From contig JBBQZX010000005.1 of NCBI GenBank assembly GCA_038207335.1, positions 128,001 through 192,000 of the forward strand: a stretch of 64,000 nt of DNA, read 5' to 3'. Below are positions 49,321-59,048 of this stretch, one piece after another. The position numbers were made by a program, and so were the translations under genes. The notes beneath the pieces are model-generated. The model saw only the letters and a list, made by a program, of their open reading frames with translations, did no database searches and was not told the origin of the DNA. This stretch comes from Chthoniobacterales bacterium. Lineage in GTDB: Bacteria; Verrucomicrobiota; Verrucomicrobiia; Chthoniobacterales; Chthoniobacteraceae. The first letter of the stretch is position 1, and each line of letters starts with the position of its first letter.

Positions 49321-50271
49321 ATGCACATTCTCGTCACCGGCGGGGCAGGTTTCATCGGCTCGCACTTCGTGGAAAAATGCCTCGCGCTCGGGCATCGCGT
49401 CGCCGTGCTCGATGAGTTCAACGACTTCTACGATCCCGCAATCAAGCGCGCGAACGTCGCCGGATTCGCCGCGGACGTGCCCATTCACGAGGCCGACATC
49501 CGCGACGAAGCAGCCGTGCGCCGCATCGTCGGCGAGGGAAAATTCGACACCATCGTCCACCTCGCCGCGCGCGCCGGGGTGCGCCCTTCGATCAAGGAGC
49601 CGAAGCTCTACATCGACACAAATATCACTGGCACTTTCCATCTGCTCGAAGCCGCGCGGCATGCGGGCATCCCGCGTTTCATCTGCGCGTCGAGTTCGTC
49701 GGTGTATGGCGTGTTGAAGACCGCGCCGTTCCGCGAGGACATGTGCCTGAACGAAACGATCTCGCCGTACGCCGCGACCAAACTCGCCGCCGAGCAGCTC
49801 TGCTCGAACTACTCGCACCTCTACGATCTCCGCACGATCAACCTCCGCTTCTTCACCGTCTATGGCCCGCGCCAACGCCCCGACCTCGCGATCCATTCGT
49901 TCACGAAAGCGATCAGCGAGGGCCGCACGATCAACCAATTCGGCGACGGCTCGACACGCCGCGACTACACATTCATCGACGACATCGTGCAGGGCATGAC
50001 CGCGTGCCTCACGTATGAAGGCGCGCTCTGCGACGTCTTCAATCTCGGCGAAAGCCAGACCACCACGCTCTCCGAACTCATCGCCTCGATTGAGCAGGCG
50101 CTTGGCAAAAAAGCGAGCATCGAGCGGATGCCCGAGCAGCCCGGCGACGTGCCGCTCACGTATGCGGATATTGGAAAAGCGCGCTCCCTGCTCGGCTACG
50201 ATCCGCACACGAAAATCGCAACGGGCATTCCGAAATTCGTCGAGTGGTTTCAGTCCGTGCAGCGCCGATGA
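49321..50271 (+). CDS. NAD-dependent nucleotide-sugar epimerase (UDP-glucuronate 4-epimerase-like)
   Basis: TGGAGFIG, HLAARAGVR, SSSSVYG, YAATK, RFFTVYGP. Confidence 0.92.
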   Translation: MHILVTGGAGFIGSHFVEKCLALGHRVAVLDEFNDFYDPAIKRANVAGFAADVPIHEADIRDEAAVRRIVGEGKFDTIVHLAARAGVRPSIKEPKLYIDTNITGTFHLLEAARHAGIPRFICASSSSVYGVLKTAPFREDMCLNETISPYAATKLAAEQLCSNYSHLYDLRTINLRFFTVYGPRQRPDLAIHSFTKAISEGRTINQFGDGSTRRDYTFIDDIVQGMTACLTYEGALCDVFNLGESQTTTLSELIASIEQALGKKASIERMPEQPGDVPLTYADIGKARSLLGYDPHTKIATGIPKFVEWFQSVQRR

Positions 50272-51677
50272 GAGCGAAAATCGCGGCGATCTTTTTGCTC
50301 GCGGCCAGCGCCGTTGCGGAGCCGATGTGGCCGCAATTTCGCGGGCCGAATTCGACCGGCATCGCGTTCGAGGCAAACCCGCCGAGCGAGTTCGGCACGG
50401 AGAAAAATGTGGCGTGGAAAACCGCGCTGCCGCCGGGCTCGTCGTCGCCGGTGATCGCGGGCGGGCGCATTTTTCTCACCGCGTTTTCGGAGGGAAAATT
50501 GGAGACGATTTGCGTCGATCAAAAGTCCGGCGCGATCCTCTGGCGGAGCGATGCGAAGGCTGCGGCGATCGAGCCGTTCTTCGAGAAATTTGGGAGCCCC
50601 GCGGGGCCGTCTTGCGCCACCGATGGCGCGCGCGTCGTCTCGTATTTTGGGTCGTGCGGACTCGTCTGCCACGACCTCGACGGACGCGAGATTTGGTCCG
50701 TGCCGATGCCGATGATCAAGTCGCAGGACGGCTTCGGAACCGGCAGCTCGCCGGTCATTCACGACGGGCTCGTCTATTTGCTGCGCGATGAAATGGGCGA
50801 CGCCGCAGGGCTCTACGCATTTGACGCGAAGACCGGTAAGCAAGTGTGGCGCACGGCGCGCAATGAATTCAATATCAGCTACGGAACGCCGGTCGTGTGG
50901 GATGGCTCGCTCGTCTGCATCGGCGACCTGCGCGCGAAAGGCTACGACCTCAAAACCGGCGCCGAGCGCTGGCTCCTGCGCGGTCTCGCGGCGTATCCGT
51001 GCACGACCGCGGCTGCGGGGCCGGACGGGCGGCTTTTACTCGCCACCTGGAGCTCGGGCAGCAGCAACGAACCGAACCCGGACTTCGACGCTCTGCTCAA
51101 GAATCTCGACAAGGACAGCAGCGGCGACATCTCCCTCGCCGAGCTCGCGGGCACGCCGATGAAGGACTTCCTGAGTATCATGGACGACAACCAAAACTCG
51201 ATCCTCGAGCGCTGGGAATGGGATCCGATCCAGAGCTACATGCGGACGGGAAAAAACGTGGTTGTGTGCGTGAAACCGGGCGGCAGCGGGGACATCACCG
51301 AAACGAATGTCGCGTGGAAAAACGAGCGCGGCGCGGCGTATGTTGCATCGCCGCTGGCGTTCGGTGCGCGGCTCTTTTTGGTGAAAGATGGCGGCGTCGC
51401 GACTTGCTACGACGCCGCGAGCGGGCGGCTCATTTTCGAGAAGCAGCGGCTCGGCGCCGACGGCGATTATTTCGCGTCGCCGATCCTCGCGGACGGACGA
51501 ATTTTCACAGCCTCGGTGCGAGGTGTCGTGTCGGTCGTCGAGGCCACGGGCGACAAGCTGAACGTGCTCGCGCGCAACGATCTCGGCGAGGCGATCACCG
51601 CGACTCCCGCGATCGTCGGCGACACCATTTTCGTGCGGACCGCGGCGCATTTGTGGGCATTCAAAAGTGGGCGATGA
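50268..51677 (+). CDS. Secreted PQQ-like beta-propeller repeat protein with EF-hand insertion
   Basis: WPQFRGP, repeated SSPVI / D..TG...W blades; DKDSSGDISLAE. Confidence 0.85.
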   Translation: MRAKIAAIFLLAASAVAEPMWPQFRGPNSTGIAFEANPPSEFGTEKNVAWKTALPPGSSSPVIAGGRIFLTAFSEGKLETICVDQKSGAILWRSDAKAAAIEPFFEKFGSPAGPSCATDGARVVSYFGSCGLVCHDLDGREIWSVPMPMIKSQDGFGTGSSPVIHDGLVYLLRDEMGDAAGLYAFDAKTGKQVWRTARNEFNISYGTPVVWDGSLVCIGDLRAKGYDLKTGAERWLLRGLAAYPCTTAAAGPDGRLLLATWSSGSSNEPNPDFDALLKNLDKDSSGDISLAELAGTPMKDFLSIMDDNQNSILERWEWDPIQSYMRTGKNVVVCVKPGGSGDITETNVAWKNERGAAYVASPLAFGARLFLVKDGGVATCYDAASGRLIFEKQRLGADGDYFASPILADGRIFTASVRGVVSVVEATGDKLNVLARNDLGEAITATPAIVGDTIFVRTAAHLWAFKSGR

Positions 51678-52807
51678 GCACGCACAAAAACACGCGCGGA
51701 TCGGTCGTCGAGTTGCTGCAAAAGCTGATCCAGATTCCGAGCGTCAATCCGGCTGGCGATCCAGGCACCACGGGCATCGGCGAGCAGCACATGGCGGAAT
51801 ATCTCGTCGATTTTCTTCATGAAATCGGAGCCGAAGCCAGGCTGCACGAAGTGCTGCCGGGGAGGCCGAATGTGGTCACGAAATTTCCGAGCGATCGGGC
51901 TGGAAAACCGCGCCTGCTTTTCGCCCCCCACACCGACACGGTCAGCGTTGCGGGGATGACGATTGAGCCGTTCGGCGGCGAATTGCGCGATGGTAAAATA
52001 TGGGGCCGCGGTGCGAGCGACACGAAAGGCCCGATGGCCTCAATGCTGTGGGCGCTGCGCGAATCGCGCGACGCGATCCCGGCGCTCTCGCACGAGATTT
52101 GGTTTGCGGGGCTGATGAGCGAGGAGACCGGCCAGCACGGCGCAAAAGCGCTCGCCGCTGAGGAGTATTTCGACTTCGTGATCGTCGGCGAGCCGACTTC
52201 GCTCGATGTCGTCCACACACACAAAGGCGCGTGCTGGCTCACTCTCACGACGCGCGGAAAAGCGGTCCACGCCGCCGACCCCGGACTCGGGGAAAATGCG
52301 CTCTACAAAATGGCCGACGTGCTGCGCTGCATCCGCGATGTCGTCGCGCCCTCGCTCGGCGCGGTGAGGCACCCCGTGCTCGGTTCGCCGACGATCAGCG
52401 CAGGCGTGATCCACGGCGGCAGCAAGACGAACATCGTGCCCGACGTATGCGTGCTGGAGGTCGATATGCGCTCGATCCCCGGCGACGACGCGCTGCTCGA
52501 CCGGGTCTCCGCGCAGCTTCTCAACGCGTGCCCCGACCTCGAAATCGTCCCCGCGATTTCGCGCCCGATGTTCACCGATCCGGCGCACCCGCTCATCATG
52601 AAACTCGGCGAATGCGGCGCGCGTCCGGTCGGCGCGCCGTGGTTTTGCGACGGCGCGATTTTCGCCCAAGCCGGGATGCCCGCCGTCGCGATGGGCCCAG
52701 GCTCGATCGCGCAAGCGCACACGAAAGACGAATGGATCCGCGTCGATGATCTCGAACGCGGGGTGGACTTTTTTGCTCAGTTTTTGCGCACGCTTTTACC
52801 CACATGA
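51674..52807 (+). CDS. M20 family metallopeptidase/deacylase (ArgE/DapE-like)
   Basis: HTDTV, GRGASDTKG, EE, GEPT, GPGSIAQAHTKDE. Confidence 0.9.
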   Translation: MSTHKNTRGSVVELLQKLIQIPSVNPAGDPGTTGIGEQHMAEYLVDFLHEIGAEARLHEVLPGRPNVVTKFPSDRAGKPRLLFAPHTDTVSVAGMTIEPFGGELRDGKIWGRGASDTKGPMASMLWALRESRDAIPALSHEIWFAGLMSEETGQHGAKALAAEEYFDFVIVGEPTSLDVVHTHKGACWLTLTTRGKAVHAADPGLGENALYKMADVLRCIRDVVAPSLGAVRHPVLGSPTISAGVIHGGSKTNIVPDVCVLEVDMRSIPGDDALLDRVSAQLLNACPDLEIVPAISRPMFTDPAHPLIMKLGECGARPVGAPWFCDGAIFAQAGMPAVAMGPGSIAQAHTKDEWIRVDDLERGVDFFAQFLRTLLPT

Positions 52808-53643
52808 AAATCATCCGCTTTCAGTCCGCCGACGGCTCCGTCGGTTTCGCAAAAAAGAACGCAGACGGCAGCGCGCATCGGCTGCGAGGCGGCTTATTCA
52901 CAGGGTTTGAGGAGACGGGTGAGATCGTGGAGCCGGTGAAAATTCTCGCTCCGCTCGACCCGGTCGCGCTGCTTTGCATCGGGTTGAATTATCGCCAGCA
53001 CGCGGCGGAGACGAATGCTCCGCTGCCGGAGTGGCCGGTGCTTTTCATGAAGTCGATCGGCTCCTTGCAGCACCCCGGCGATCCGATCGTGCTGCCGCGC
53101 TGGATGCGCAGCGCAAAGGTCGATTTTGAATGCGAACTCGCCGTCGTGATCGGGCGCGCGGCGAAGAATGTGCCGCGCGAACGGGCGCTCGCGCATGTGC
53201 TCGGCTACACCTGCGCGAATGACGTGAGCGCGCGCGACTGGCAGAAAGAGGGCGGCGGTTCGCAGTGGTGCCGCGGCAAGAGCTTCGACACGTTTTGCCC
53301 GCTCGGGCCGTGCCTCGTGACGCCGGATGAAATCCCCGATCCCTCCGCGCTCCGCATCCGCACGACGGTGAGCGGCGAGGTGATGCAGGAAAGCGGCACC
53401 AGCGATATGATTTTCGATGTGCCCGCACTCATCGAATTCCTCAGCGGCAGCACGACGCTGCTGCCTGGCACGGTGATCCTCACCGGCACGCCGCACGGAG
53501 TTGGCATGGCGCGGAAGCCGCCGAGATTTCTGCGCGCCGGGGATCGCGTGGCGGTGGATATTCCCGAGATCGGCGTACTGGAAAATCCGGTTGTCGAGGA
53601 GGAAGCGGCGGGCTCGTCGGCGTTTGTGCTGTCAGGCTGTTAG
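52804..53643 (+). CDS. Fumarylacetoacetate hydrolase family protein
   Basis: CIGLNYRQH, DFECELAVVIG, ANDVSARD, GKSFDTFCPLGP, TGTP.GVG. Confidence 0.93.
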   Translation: MKIIRFQSADGSVGFAKKNADGSAHRLRGGLFTGFEETGEIVEPVKILAPLDPVALLCIGLNYRQHAAETNAPLPEWPVLFMKSIGSLQHPGDPIVLPRWMRSAKVDFECELAVVIGRAAKNVPRERALAHVLGYTCANDVSARDWQKEGGGSQWCRGKSFDTFCPLGPCLVTPDEIPDPSALRIRTTVSGEVMQESGTSDMIFDVPALIEFLSGSTTLLPGTVILTGTPHGVGMARKPPRFLRAGDRVAVDIPEIGVLENPVVEEEAAGSSAFVLSGC

Positions 53644-53736
53644 CGGAGTTGAAAATCCGGGTGACGAAAAACAGCGGGGGTGATACGCCTCTCAGATGTG
53701 CCGCCCGCGATTCTGTGCGGCGTGCAAACCTCCACA

Positions 53737-54351
53737 ATGATGGCTGAACCCGGCTCAGAGCCGACTGCGCGCGATGCCGTTTCCGGCGGAGGCAGCTCCG
53801 ATGCAGCAGGTTTCGAGCGGCTCGTGGAGGAGCATTACCAGCCTGCTTACCGCTTCGCATACAGCCTCAGCGGGAATCACGACGACGCGTGCGACATCAC
53901 GCAGCAGGCGTTTTATCTCGCGCAGACCCGCGCTCATCAGCTCCGCGATGAGTCGAAGCGAAAGCAGTGGCTCTTTACGATTCTGCATCGCGAATTTCTC
54001 CGGCTCCGCCGCCGTGCGACCGCACACCCGCAAACTTCGCTGGAATTTTCCGAGCACGAGTTGCCTCCCATCACCGTCGATCATGCGACCAGCCTCGATG
54101 CCAAGATGCTGCTCCGCGTGCTCCAGTCGCTGGAGGAAAAATTTCGCATGCCACTCATCCTCTTTTATCTCGATCAGCTCTCCTACAAGGAAATCGCTGC
54201 GACGCTCGATGTGCCGATTGGCACCGTGATGTCGCGGATTGCGCGCGGGAAGCAGGCTTTGCGGCAGCGAATGGAGCACGCTCGGCGCGCCGATGTGGAG
54301 AAAATCGTGCCGATTCGCACATCCAACCCAAGTGGAGGCACCGGTGGATAA
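53737..54351 (+). CDS. ECF RNA polymerase sigma-70 factor
   Basis: DACDITQQAF, WLFTI, LSYKEIA..LDVPIGTVMSRIARG. Confidence 0.92.
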   Translation: MMAEPGSEPTARDAVSGGGSSDAAGFERLVEEHYQPAYRFAYSLSGNHDDACDITQQAFYLAQTRAHQLRDESKRKQWLFTILHREFLRLRRRATAHPQTSLEFSEHELPPITVDHATSLDAKMLLRVLQSLEEKFRMPLILFYLDQLSYKEIAATLDVPIGTVMSRIARGKQALRQRMEHARRADVEKIVPIRTSNPSGGTGG

Positions 54352-55078
54352 GGAGACGGCGAAGGTGCTGTTGCAATCGTATCGGAAAGCCGACGCCGCC
54401 GATCCGATTTTCGTCGTGGCGCTGCGCGAAGCCGCAGCGGACCCGGAGCTTGCGTCGTGGTTCGAGGAGTCGCAGCGCTTCGATGCGGTGATCGGCGCGA
54501 AGATGGCGGACATCGTCGTGCCGGCGGATGTGAAAGATCGCATTCTGCGCGGACCGAATGCTGTGCCGCAGCGGCGCTCGCTTTTCAAAACGATCGGCGC
54601 GATTGCGGCGATCCTCGTGTTGGGGCTGATTTGCTGGCGCATCGCCCTGCCTCCGGCGGCACCGCCGATCGACGCGTTCGCGCTGCAGGCGATCAATTAC
54701 ACCGAGAAGATGCCGGCGCTGCAGTTCGTTTGTTTCAATGCAGCGGAGGTCGCGAAGTGGATCAACGAACAGCCGGGCGCGAAGCAGATTGGCCTGACGC
54801 TGCCGAAGCCGGACGCATCTTTTTCCATGAAGCTCATGGGGTCGAGCATGGTCGATTGGAATGGGAAACCGGTCGTCATGGTTTGCCTGCAAAATGGCGA
54901 GCGCATGGCGATGCTCTACATCCTGAAAGACGATCCGGATGCGTCCATGCCGGATGGGATGACGCGGACTTTGCAGCGTGAGGATTGGGTCGTGCGGGAG
55001 ACGAAAGCGGACGGCCAAGTGCGGCTGCTGACGACGAAGGGCGGGCCGGAGGATTTGAATTTCATCACGCCGCTGTAG
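54344..55078 (+). CDS. Putative transmembrane anti-sigma factor
   Basis: GTG start with GGAGG upstream, overlapping the sigma stop; cytoplasmic helical N-terminus, one TM, periplasmic domain. Confidence 0.7.
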   Translation: MDKETAKVLLQSYRKADAADPIFVVALREAAADPELASWFEESQRFDAVIGAKMADIVVPADVKDRILRGPNAVPQRRSLFKTIGAIAAILVLGLICWRIALPPAAPPIDAFALQAINYTEKMPALQFVCFNAAEVAKWINEQPGAKQIGLTLPKPDASFSMKLMGSSMVDWNGKPVVMVCLQNGERMAMLYILKDDPDASMPDGMTRTLQREDWVVRETKADGQVRLLTTKGGPEDLNFITPL

Positions 55079-55130
55079 CCGGGATCGCTGATCCCCATCT
55101 GGCCCGGCGGGATCAGCGATCCCGGCTACA
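55074..55130. repeat. GTAG-type REP-like perfect inverted repeat
   Basis: 22-bp arms tgtagccgggatcgctgatccc / gggatcagcgatcccggctaca. Confidence 0.85.
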
Positions 55131-55178
55131 ACTTCTTGCGCGTGCTAGGCGCTGCGGGAGATACTGCGCGCGAAATCT

Positions 55179-57248
55179 ATGCGCCTTTTAATCGCCGCTC
55201 TCGCTGCCGTTTCGCTTCCACTTTTTGCGCAGGAAATTACCGTGAAAGCGCCGCCGCTGCCGGAGATGGCGGCGAAGTCGGGTGAGGGCCTCACGCTGAC
55301 CTTTTCGGCCGGTGGGAAGTCTGACACGCGGGCTGCGAGACTAGTGGCGCTCTACGTTCCGGCGGGGCAGGCTGTCACGCCGTTCCTGCCGGCGGGCGCG
55401 TTCACGGCGAAGTGGGATGGGGAGATTCAGTCCCCCTTGCGTGCGGATTGCACGCTCATCGCGGAGGTGCGGGGCAGCATGAAAATGACGCTCAATGGCG
55501 AACCGCTGCTGGAAGGCGCGGGGGACGATACGGCGCACACAGTCAGCAAACCGGTGCGGTTGAACAAGGGCGGCAATGCCTTCACCGTCGAGTTCGCGAG
55601 CGATGGGAAAGCGGACGCGAGTTTGCAGTTGAAGTGGTCGTCGAAAGAGTTCGCGCCGGAGCCTGTGCCGCCGCGCGTGTTTACCCATGCGCTCGCGGGG
55701 GCGGAGTTGCGCGAAGGGACGCGGGTGAGGGAGGGGCGGATGCTTTTCGCGCAGCTTCGATGCTCGGCGTGCCATGCGGATGCGGCGTTGATCCCGCCGC
55801 GTGGCGAGGGGATGCCGGAGCTGGCTCAGGATGCGCCGGCTTTTGTGGAGCTGGGGGGTAAATTCAACGAAGCGTGGCTTGCGCACTGGATCAGCGATCC
55901 GCACTCGATCCGACCTCGCGCGCTGATGCCGCGCGTATTTCCCGGGGAGCCCGGCGAGGTCGATCATCGCGCGGCGGACCTCGCGGCTTTTCTCGTCTCC
56001 ACCGGCACTCGGGACGACTCGCCCATCGCCGAGGACGCCGCGCCCGCGGGCGGCGCACTATTCGCAAATCTCGGCTGCATCGCGTGCCACACAACGCCCG
56101 ATTTTACCGGTGACGACGAGCATGGCCGCACGCCGCTCTCGCACCTGAAGGCCAAGTGGCAGCCCGCCGCGTTGCGCGCGTATCTCAAGGAGCCCGCGAA
56201 GAATTTCGCCTGGACGCACATGCCGAATTTCCGCCTGAGCGACGCCGAGACGGCCAGCCTCGCGGCGTTTCTGCTCTCGGGCACGCAGCGTGAATTTCCG
56301 CCCGGACCGAAAGGCGACGTGACGCGCGGGGCGCAGCTCCTCGTGTCGAGCGGTTGCCTGAACTGCCACGCCGGACTTCCGCCCACCACGCAGCCGACTC
56401 TCGCGGCGACGCTGGCGGGCGGGTGGGTGAAAGGATGCCTCTCGCCGGACGCGGCCGCTCGCGGGAATGCGCCGGATTTCGCGCTCGCGCCGGGACAGAG
56501 GGAAGCGCTCATCGCCTTTGCGGCGCGTGGCTTCGGTTCGCTGAAGCAGGACGCGCCGGTGGAATTTGCCGAGCGCCAAATGGCGAACATGCGCTGCACC
56601 GCCTGCCACGCGCGCGATGGCGTGCTGAGCACCTGGTCGGAGCTCGATGGCGAGATGTCCGCGCTCCAGGCAGGCGCGCCGCAGCCGGAGGGCGAGGGGA
56701 TCGCGATCGCGGGAGCGCTGGCGCCGATCTCGACTTGGTTTGGGGAAAAATTGCGGCCCGTGTGGGAGGCGGATTTCATTGCCGGACATGGGAAATACAA
56801 GCCGCGGCCGTGGATCGTCGCGCGAATGCCGGGCTTCGAGACGGTGGGAAAAGGAATCGCCGAAGGGCTGGCGCTGGAGCACGGGCTGCCGGGCGTGCCC
56901 GAGCCGGAGAAGGCCGTGGATGCAGCGATCGCAGCCGATGGGGAGAAGCTGCTGGGCGAAAATGGCGGGTTCAATTGCACGACCTGCCACGGCATCGGCG
57001 CGCGGCTTCCGACTGCGGTCTTCGAGGCGCCAGGGATCGATCTGGCATACGCTTCGGAGCGTCTGCGACCGGGATATTACCACCGGTGGGTGCTGAATCC
57101 GCTGCGGATCGACCCGGAGACGAAGATGCCGAAATTCGCGGATGAAGAGGGGAAGACGCCGTTGACGGATTTTTTCGACGGCGATGCTGGGAAGCAGTAC
57201 GAGGCGATCTGGCAATACCTGCGGACGCAGGGGAGCGGCGGGCACTGA
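55179..57248 (+). CDS. Secreted pentaheme c-type cytochrome with PA14-like N-terminal domain
   Basis: Signal peptide; FTAKWDGEI PA14-like strand; CSACH, CIACH, CLNCH, CTACH, CTTCH; MP motifs. Confidence 0.85.
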   Translation: MRLLIAALAAVSLPLFAQEITVKAPPLPEMAAKSGEGLTLTFSAGGKSDTRAARLVALYVPAGQAVTPFLPAGAFTAKWDGEIQSPLRADCTLIAEVRGSMKMTLNGEPLLEGAGDDTAHTVSKPVRLNKGGNAFTVEFASDGKADASLQLKWSSKEFAPEPVPPRVFTHALAGAELREGTRVREGRMLFAQLRCSACHADAALIPPRGEGMPELAQDAPAFVELGGKFNEAWLAHWISDPHSIRPRALMPRVFPGEPGEVDHRAADLAAFLVSTGTRDDSPIAEDAAPAGGALFANLGCIACHTTPDFTGDDEHGRTPLSHLKAKWQPAALRAYLKEPAKNFAWTHMPNFRLSDAETASLAAFLLSGTQREFPPGPKGDVTRGAQLLVSSGCLNCHAGLPPTTQPTLAATLAGGWVKGCLSPDAAARGNAPDFALAPGQREALIAFAARGFGSLKQDAPVEFAERQMANMRCTACHARDGVLSTWSELDGEMSALQAGAPQPEGEGIAIAGALAPISTWFGEKLRPVWEADFIAGHGKYKPRPWIVARMPGFETVGKGIAEGLALEHGLPGVPEPEKAVDAAIAADGEKLLGENGGFNCTTCHGIGARLPTAVFEAPGIDLAYASERLRPGYYHRWVLNPLRIDPETKMPKFADEEGKTPLTDFFDGDAGKQYEAIWQYLRTQGSGGH

Positions 57249-57286
57249 CCCTTGCAACGGCGCTGGCTGTAACCAGGATCGCAGCC

Positions 57287-57509
57287 CGAACGCCAACGGC
57301 GTTCCATCATCCTGCCCAGGGTTGCGCGTCCCCGCGCTACATTGGGTCACCGGCGACACCGAGGCCGAACCCTGAAAGGGTTACATCGCAACCATCCGCG
57401 CCCACGAAATTCAACCCTTTCAGGGTTGAGGCGATCGTTTGCACAAATACCCAGGGTAGCTCGAGTTCGCTCGGAACCCGGCTGGTTGATGGAACGCCGT
57501 TGGCGCTCG
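57287..57509. repeat. REPIN/MITE-like nested palindromic element
   Basis: 19-bp perfect IR 57291-57309 / 57487-57505; inner 15-bp perfect IR 57368-57382 / 57413-57427. Confidence 0.85.
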
Positions 57510-57588
57510 TGAACCGCACCCGCGAGCGCCTTTCCCTCCCTCGCGCCGAAGAACGGGGGAGGACTGAGGTGGAAAACTGGAAACGCGC

Positions 57589-58719
57589 TTAGGTGATGGC
57601 GGGTTTTTCTTCGCCGTGCTCGAGGTCGTCGATGGCTTGGTGCTTTTCGACGGTGTCGGGCTCGAGGAGGGGCCGCAGCCAGATGCGTTCGATGATGGGG
57701 TAGGAGGCGACGATGGGGAGGATGGCGATGGCGCCGGTGACGCCAGTGAGGAGGGCGCCGGCGAGGCAGGAGACGAGGACGGTGAGGGTGGAGAGGCGCA
57801 GGCGATTGCCGTAAACCTTCGGCACGATGAAGTAGTTCTCGATGAGGTGGTAGGCGAGGTATAGGGCGAGGACTAGGAAGGCGGTGCCGGGGGCGACGGT
57901 GAGGGCGACGGCCATGGCCGGGAGCACGGCGAGGAAGAAGCCGATGATGGGGAGGATATCGAAGATGCCGGCCATGACGGCCAGGAGGAGGCCATTGGGC
58001 ACTTTCAGCCACCAGAGCATGCCGAATACGAAGCTGGCGCGGATGAGGGAGGTGATGAGCTGACCGGTCATGTAGCTGGAGACGACTTTGGTGATCTCGG
58101 GCGCGGCTTCCGCGACTTTGCGGCGCTGGCGCCGCGGCAGAAAGGCGCTCAGCCAGCCGTAAACGCGCTCGCCATCGGCGGTGAAGTAAACGGCGACGAC
58201 GAGGACGACGAGGAATTTGGCGATTCCTTGGAGGGCCATTTTCCCCCACGCCACGAAGCTGTCCATGAGCGGCTTCGGGTCGGTGAAGGCGGGGGAGTCC
58301 ATGAGCCGGGTCGCCACGCCCCGCAAGCCGTCGCCGGTGACGTTGGAGATGAGGTTCGTTTTGAAGGCGGGAAGATTTTGGATGACGGCGGTGACCTGGC
58401 TGGCCAGGGCGGGAATGAGGATGCCGACGAAGAAAAGCACGAAGCCCCCCACGAGCAGGGCCGCGAGGAGGACGCCGAGCCAGCGCGGACCGCCGAGGGC
58501 GACGGTCCCGCGAACGATGGGCCAGAGGGTGAGGGCGATGAGGAGCCCGAGGAGGAGGAGTTCGCAGAGAGGCCAGAGCTTCCAAGCGATCATGGCCAAG
58601 AGAATGGCGGTCGCGATTTTCCCCAAAGCGCCCCAAGAAACAGTGATGCTGGTTTTGACCTCCCGCGGACGGGGGGCACTCGTCAGCAGGGATGGACTGG
58701 TGGGGTATTCCTCGGGCAT
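57589..58719 (-). CDS. AI-2E (PerM/TqsA) family transporter
   Basis: Multiple TM helices; YMTGQLI, ILPIIG, IENYFIVPKVYG, GAIAILP. Confidence 0.88.
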   Translation of the reverse strand: MPEEYPTSPSLLTSAPRPREVKTSITVSWGALGKIATAILLAMIAWKLWPLCELLLLGLLIALTLWPIVRGTVALGGPRWLGVLLAALLVGGFVLFFVGILIPALASQVTAVIQNLPAFKTNLISNVTGDGLRGVATRLMDSPAFTDPKPLMDSFVAWGKMALQGIAKFLVVLVVAVYFTADGERVYGWLSAFLPRRQRRKVAEAAPEITKVVSSYMTGQLITSLIRASFVFGMLWWLKVPNGLLLAVMAGIFDILPIIGFFLAVLPAMAVALTVAPGTAFLVLALYLAYHLIENYFIVPKVYGNRLRLSTLTVLVSCLAGALLTGVTGAIAILPIVASYPIIERIWLRPLLEPDTVEKHQAIDDLEHGEEKPAIT

Positions 58720-58903
58720 GGGAAGAGGAGGTGGTGCGGGTAAGGCGCGGGTGACCGAGCCCAGGCTGGAACGCCAGACTCGTGCCGATTCGCTCGCGGC
58801 TTTCCGTGTGACCGTGGGTCGTCGGCGGAGTGGTGGGTAAGGGTGGCCGGTGGCGGGGCTCATCGGAGCGGTGCGACGGCCGCAAGCACTCGACGGTGGC
58901 ACC

Positions 58904-58934
58904 AAAAAAGCCGCCCGGGTTTCGCGGGGCGGCT
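58904..58934 (-). terminator. Rho-independent terminator downstream of the two-component operon
   Basis: agccgccc/gggcggct stem with a T6 tail on the minus strand. Confidence 0.7.
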
Positions 58935-58938
58935 GGAT

Positions 58939-58998
58939 TTGTAGGGCGGCCATTTTGGCCGCCGGGGCGGGTCGGCGGCGAAGATCGCCGCCCTACAA
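58939..58998. repeat. GTAG-type REP-like doublet
   Basis: ttgtagggcggc...gccgccctacaa terminal IR; each arm is itself a small hairpin. Confidence 0.8.
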
Positions 58999-59048
58999 CT
59001 TCATCGGACGCCCCTAGCAGGCGCGGGCATTTTCACGCTGGGGCGATT

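Noticed and set aside
50897..51673. Long N-terminal extension of the M20 peptidase
   Set aside because: Overlaps the beta-propeller gene; the true start is most likely the coupled ATG at 51674
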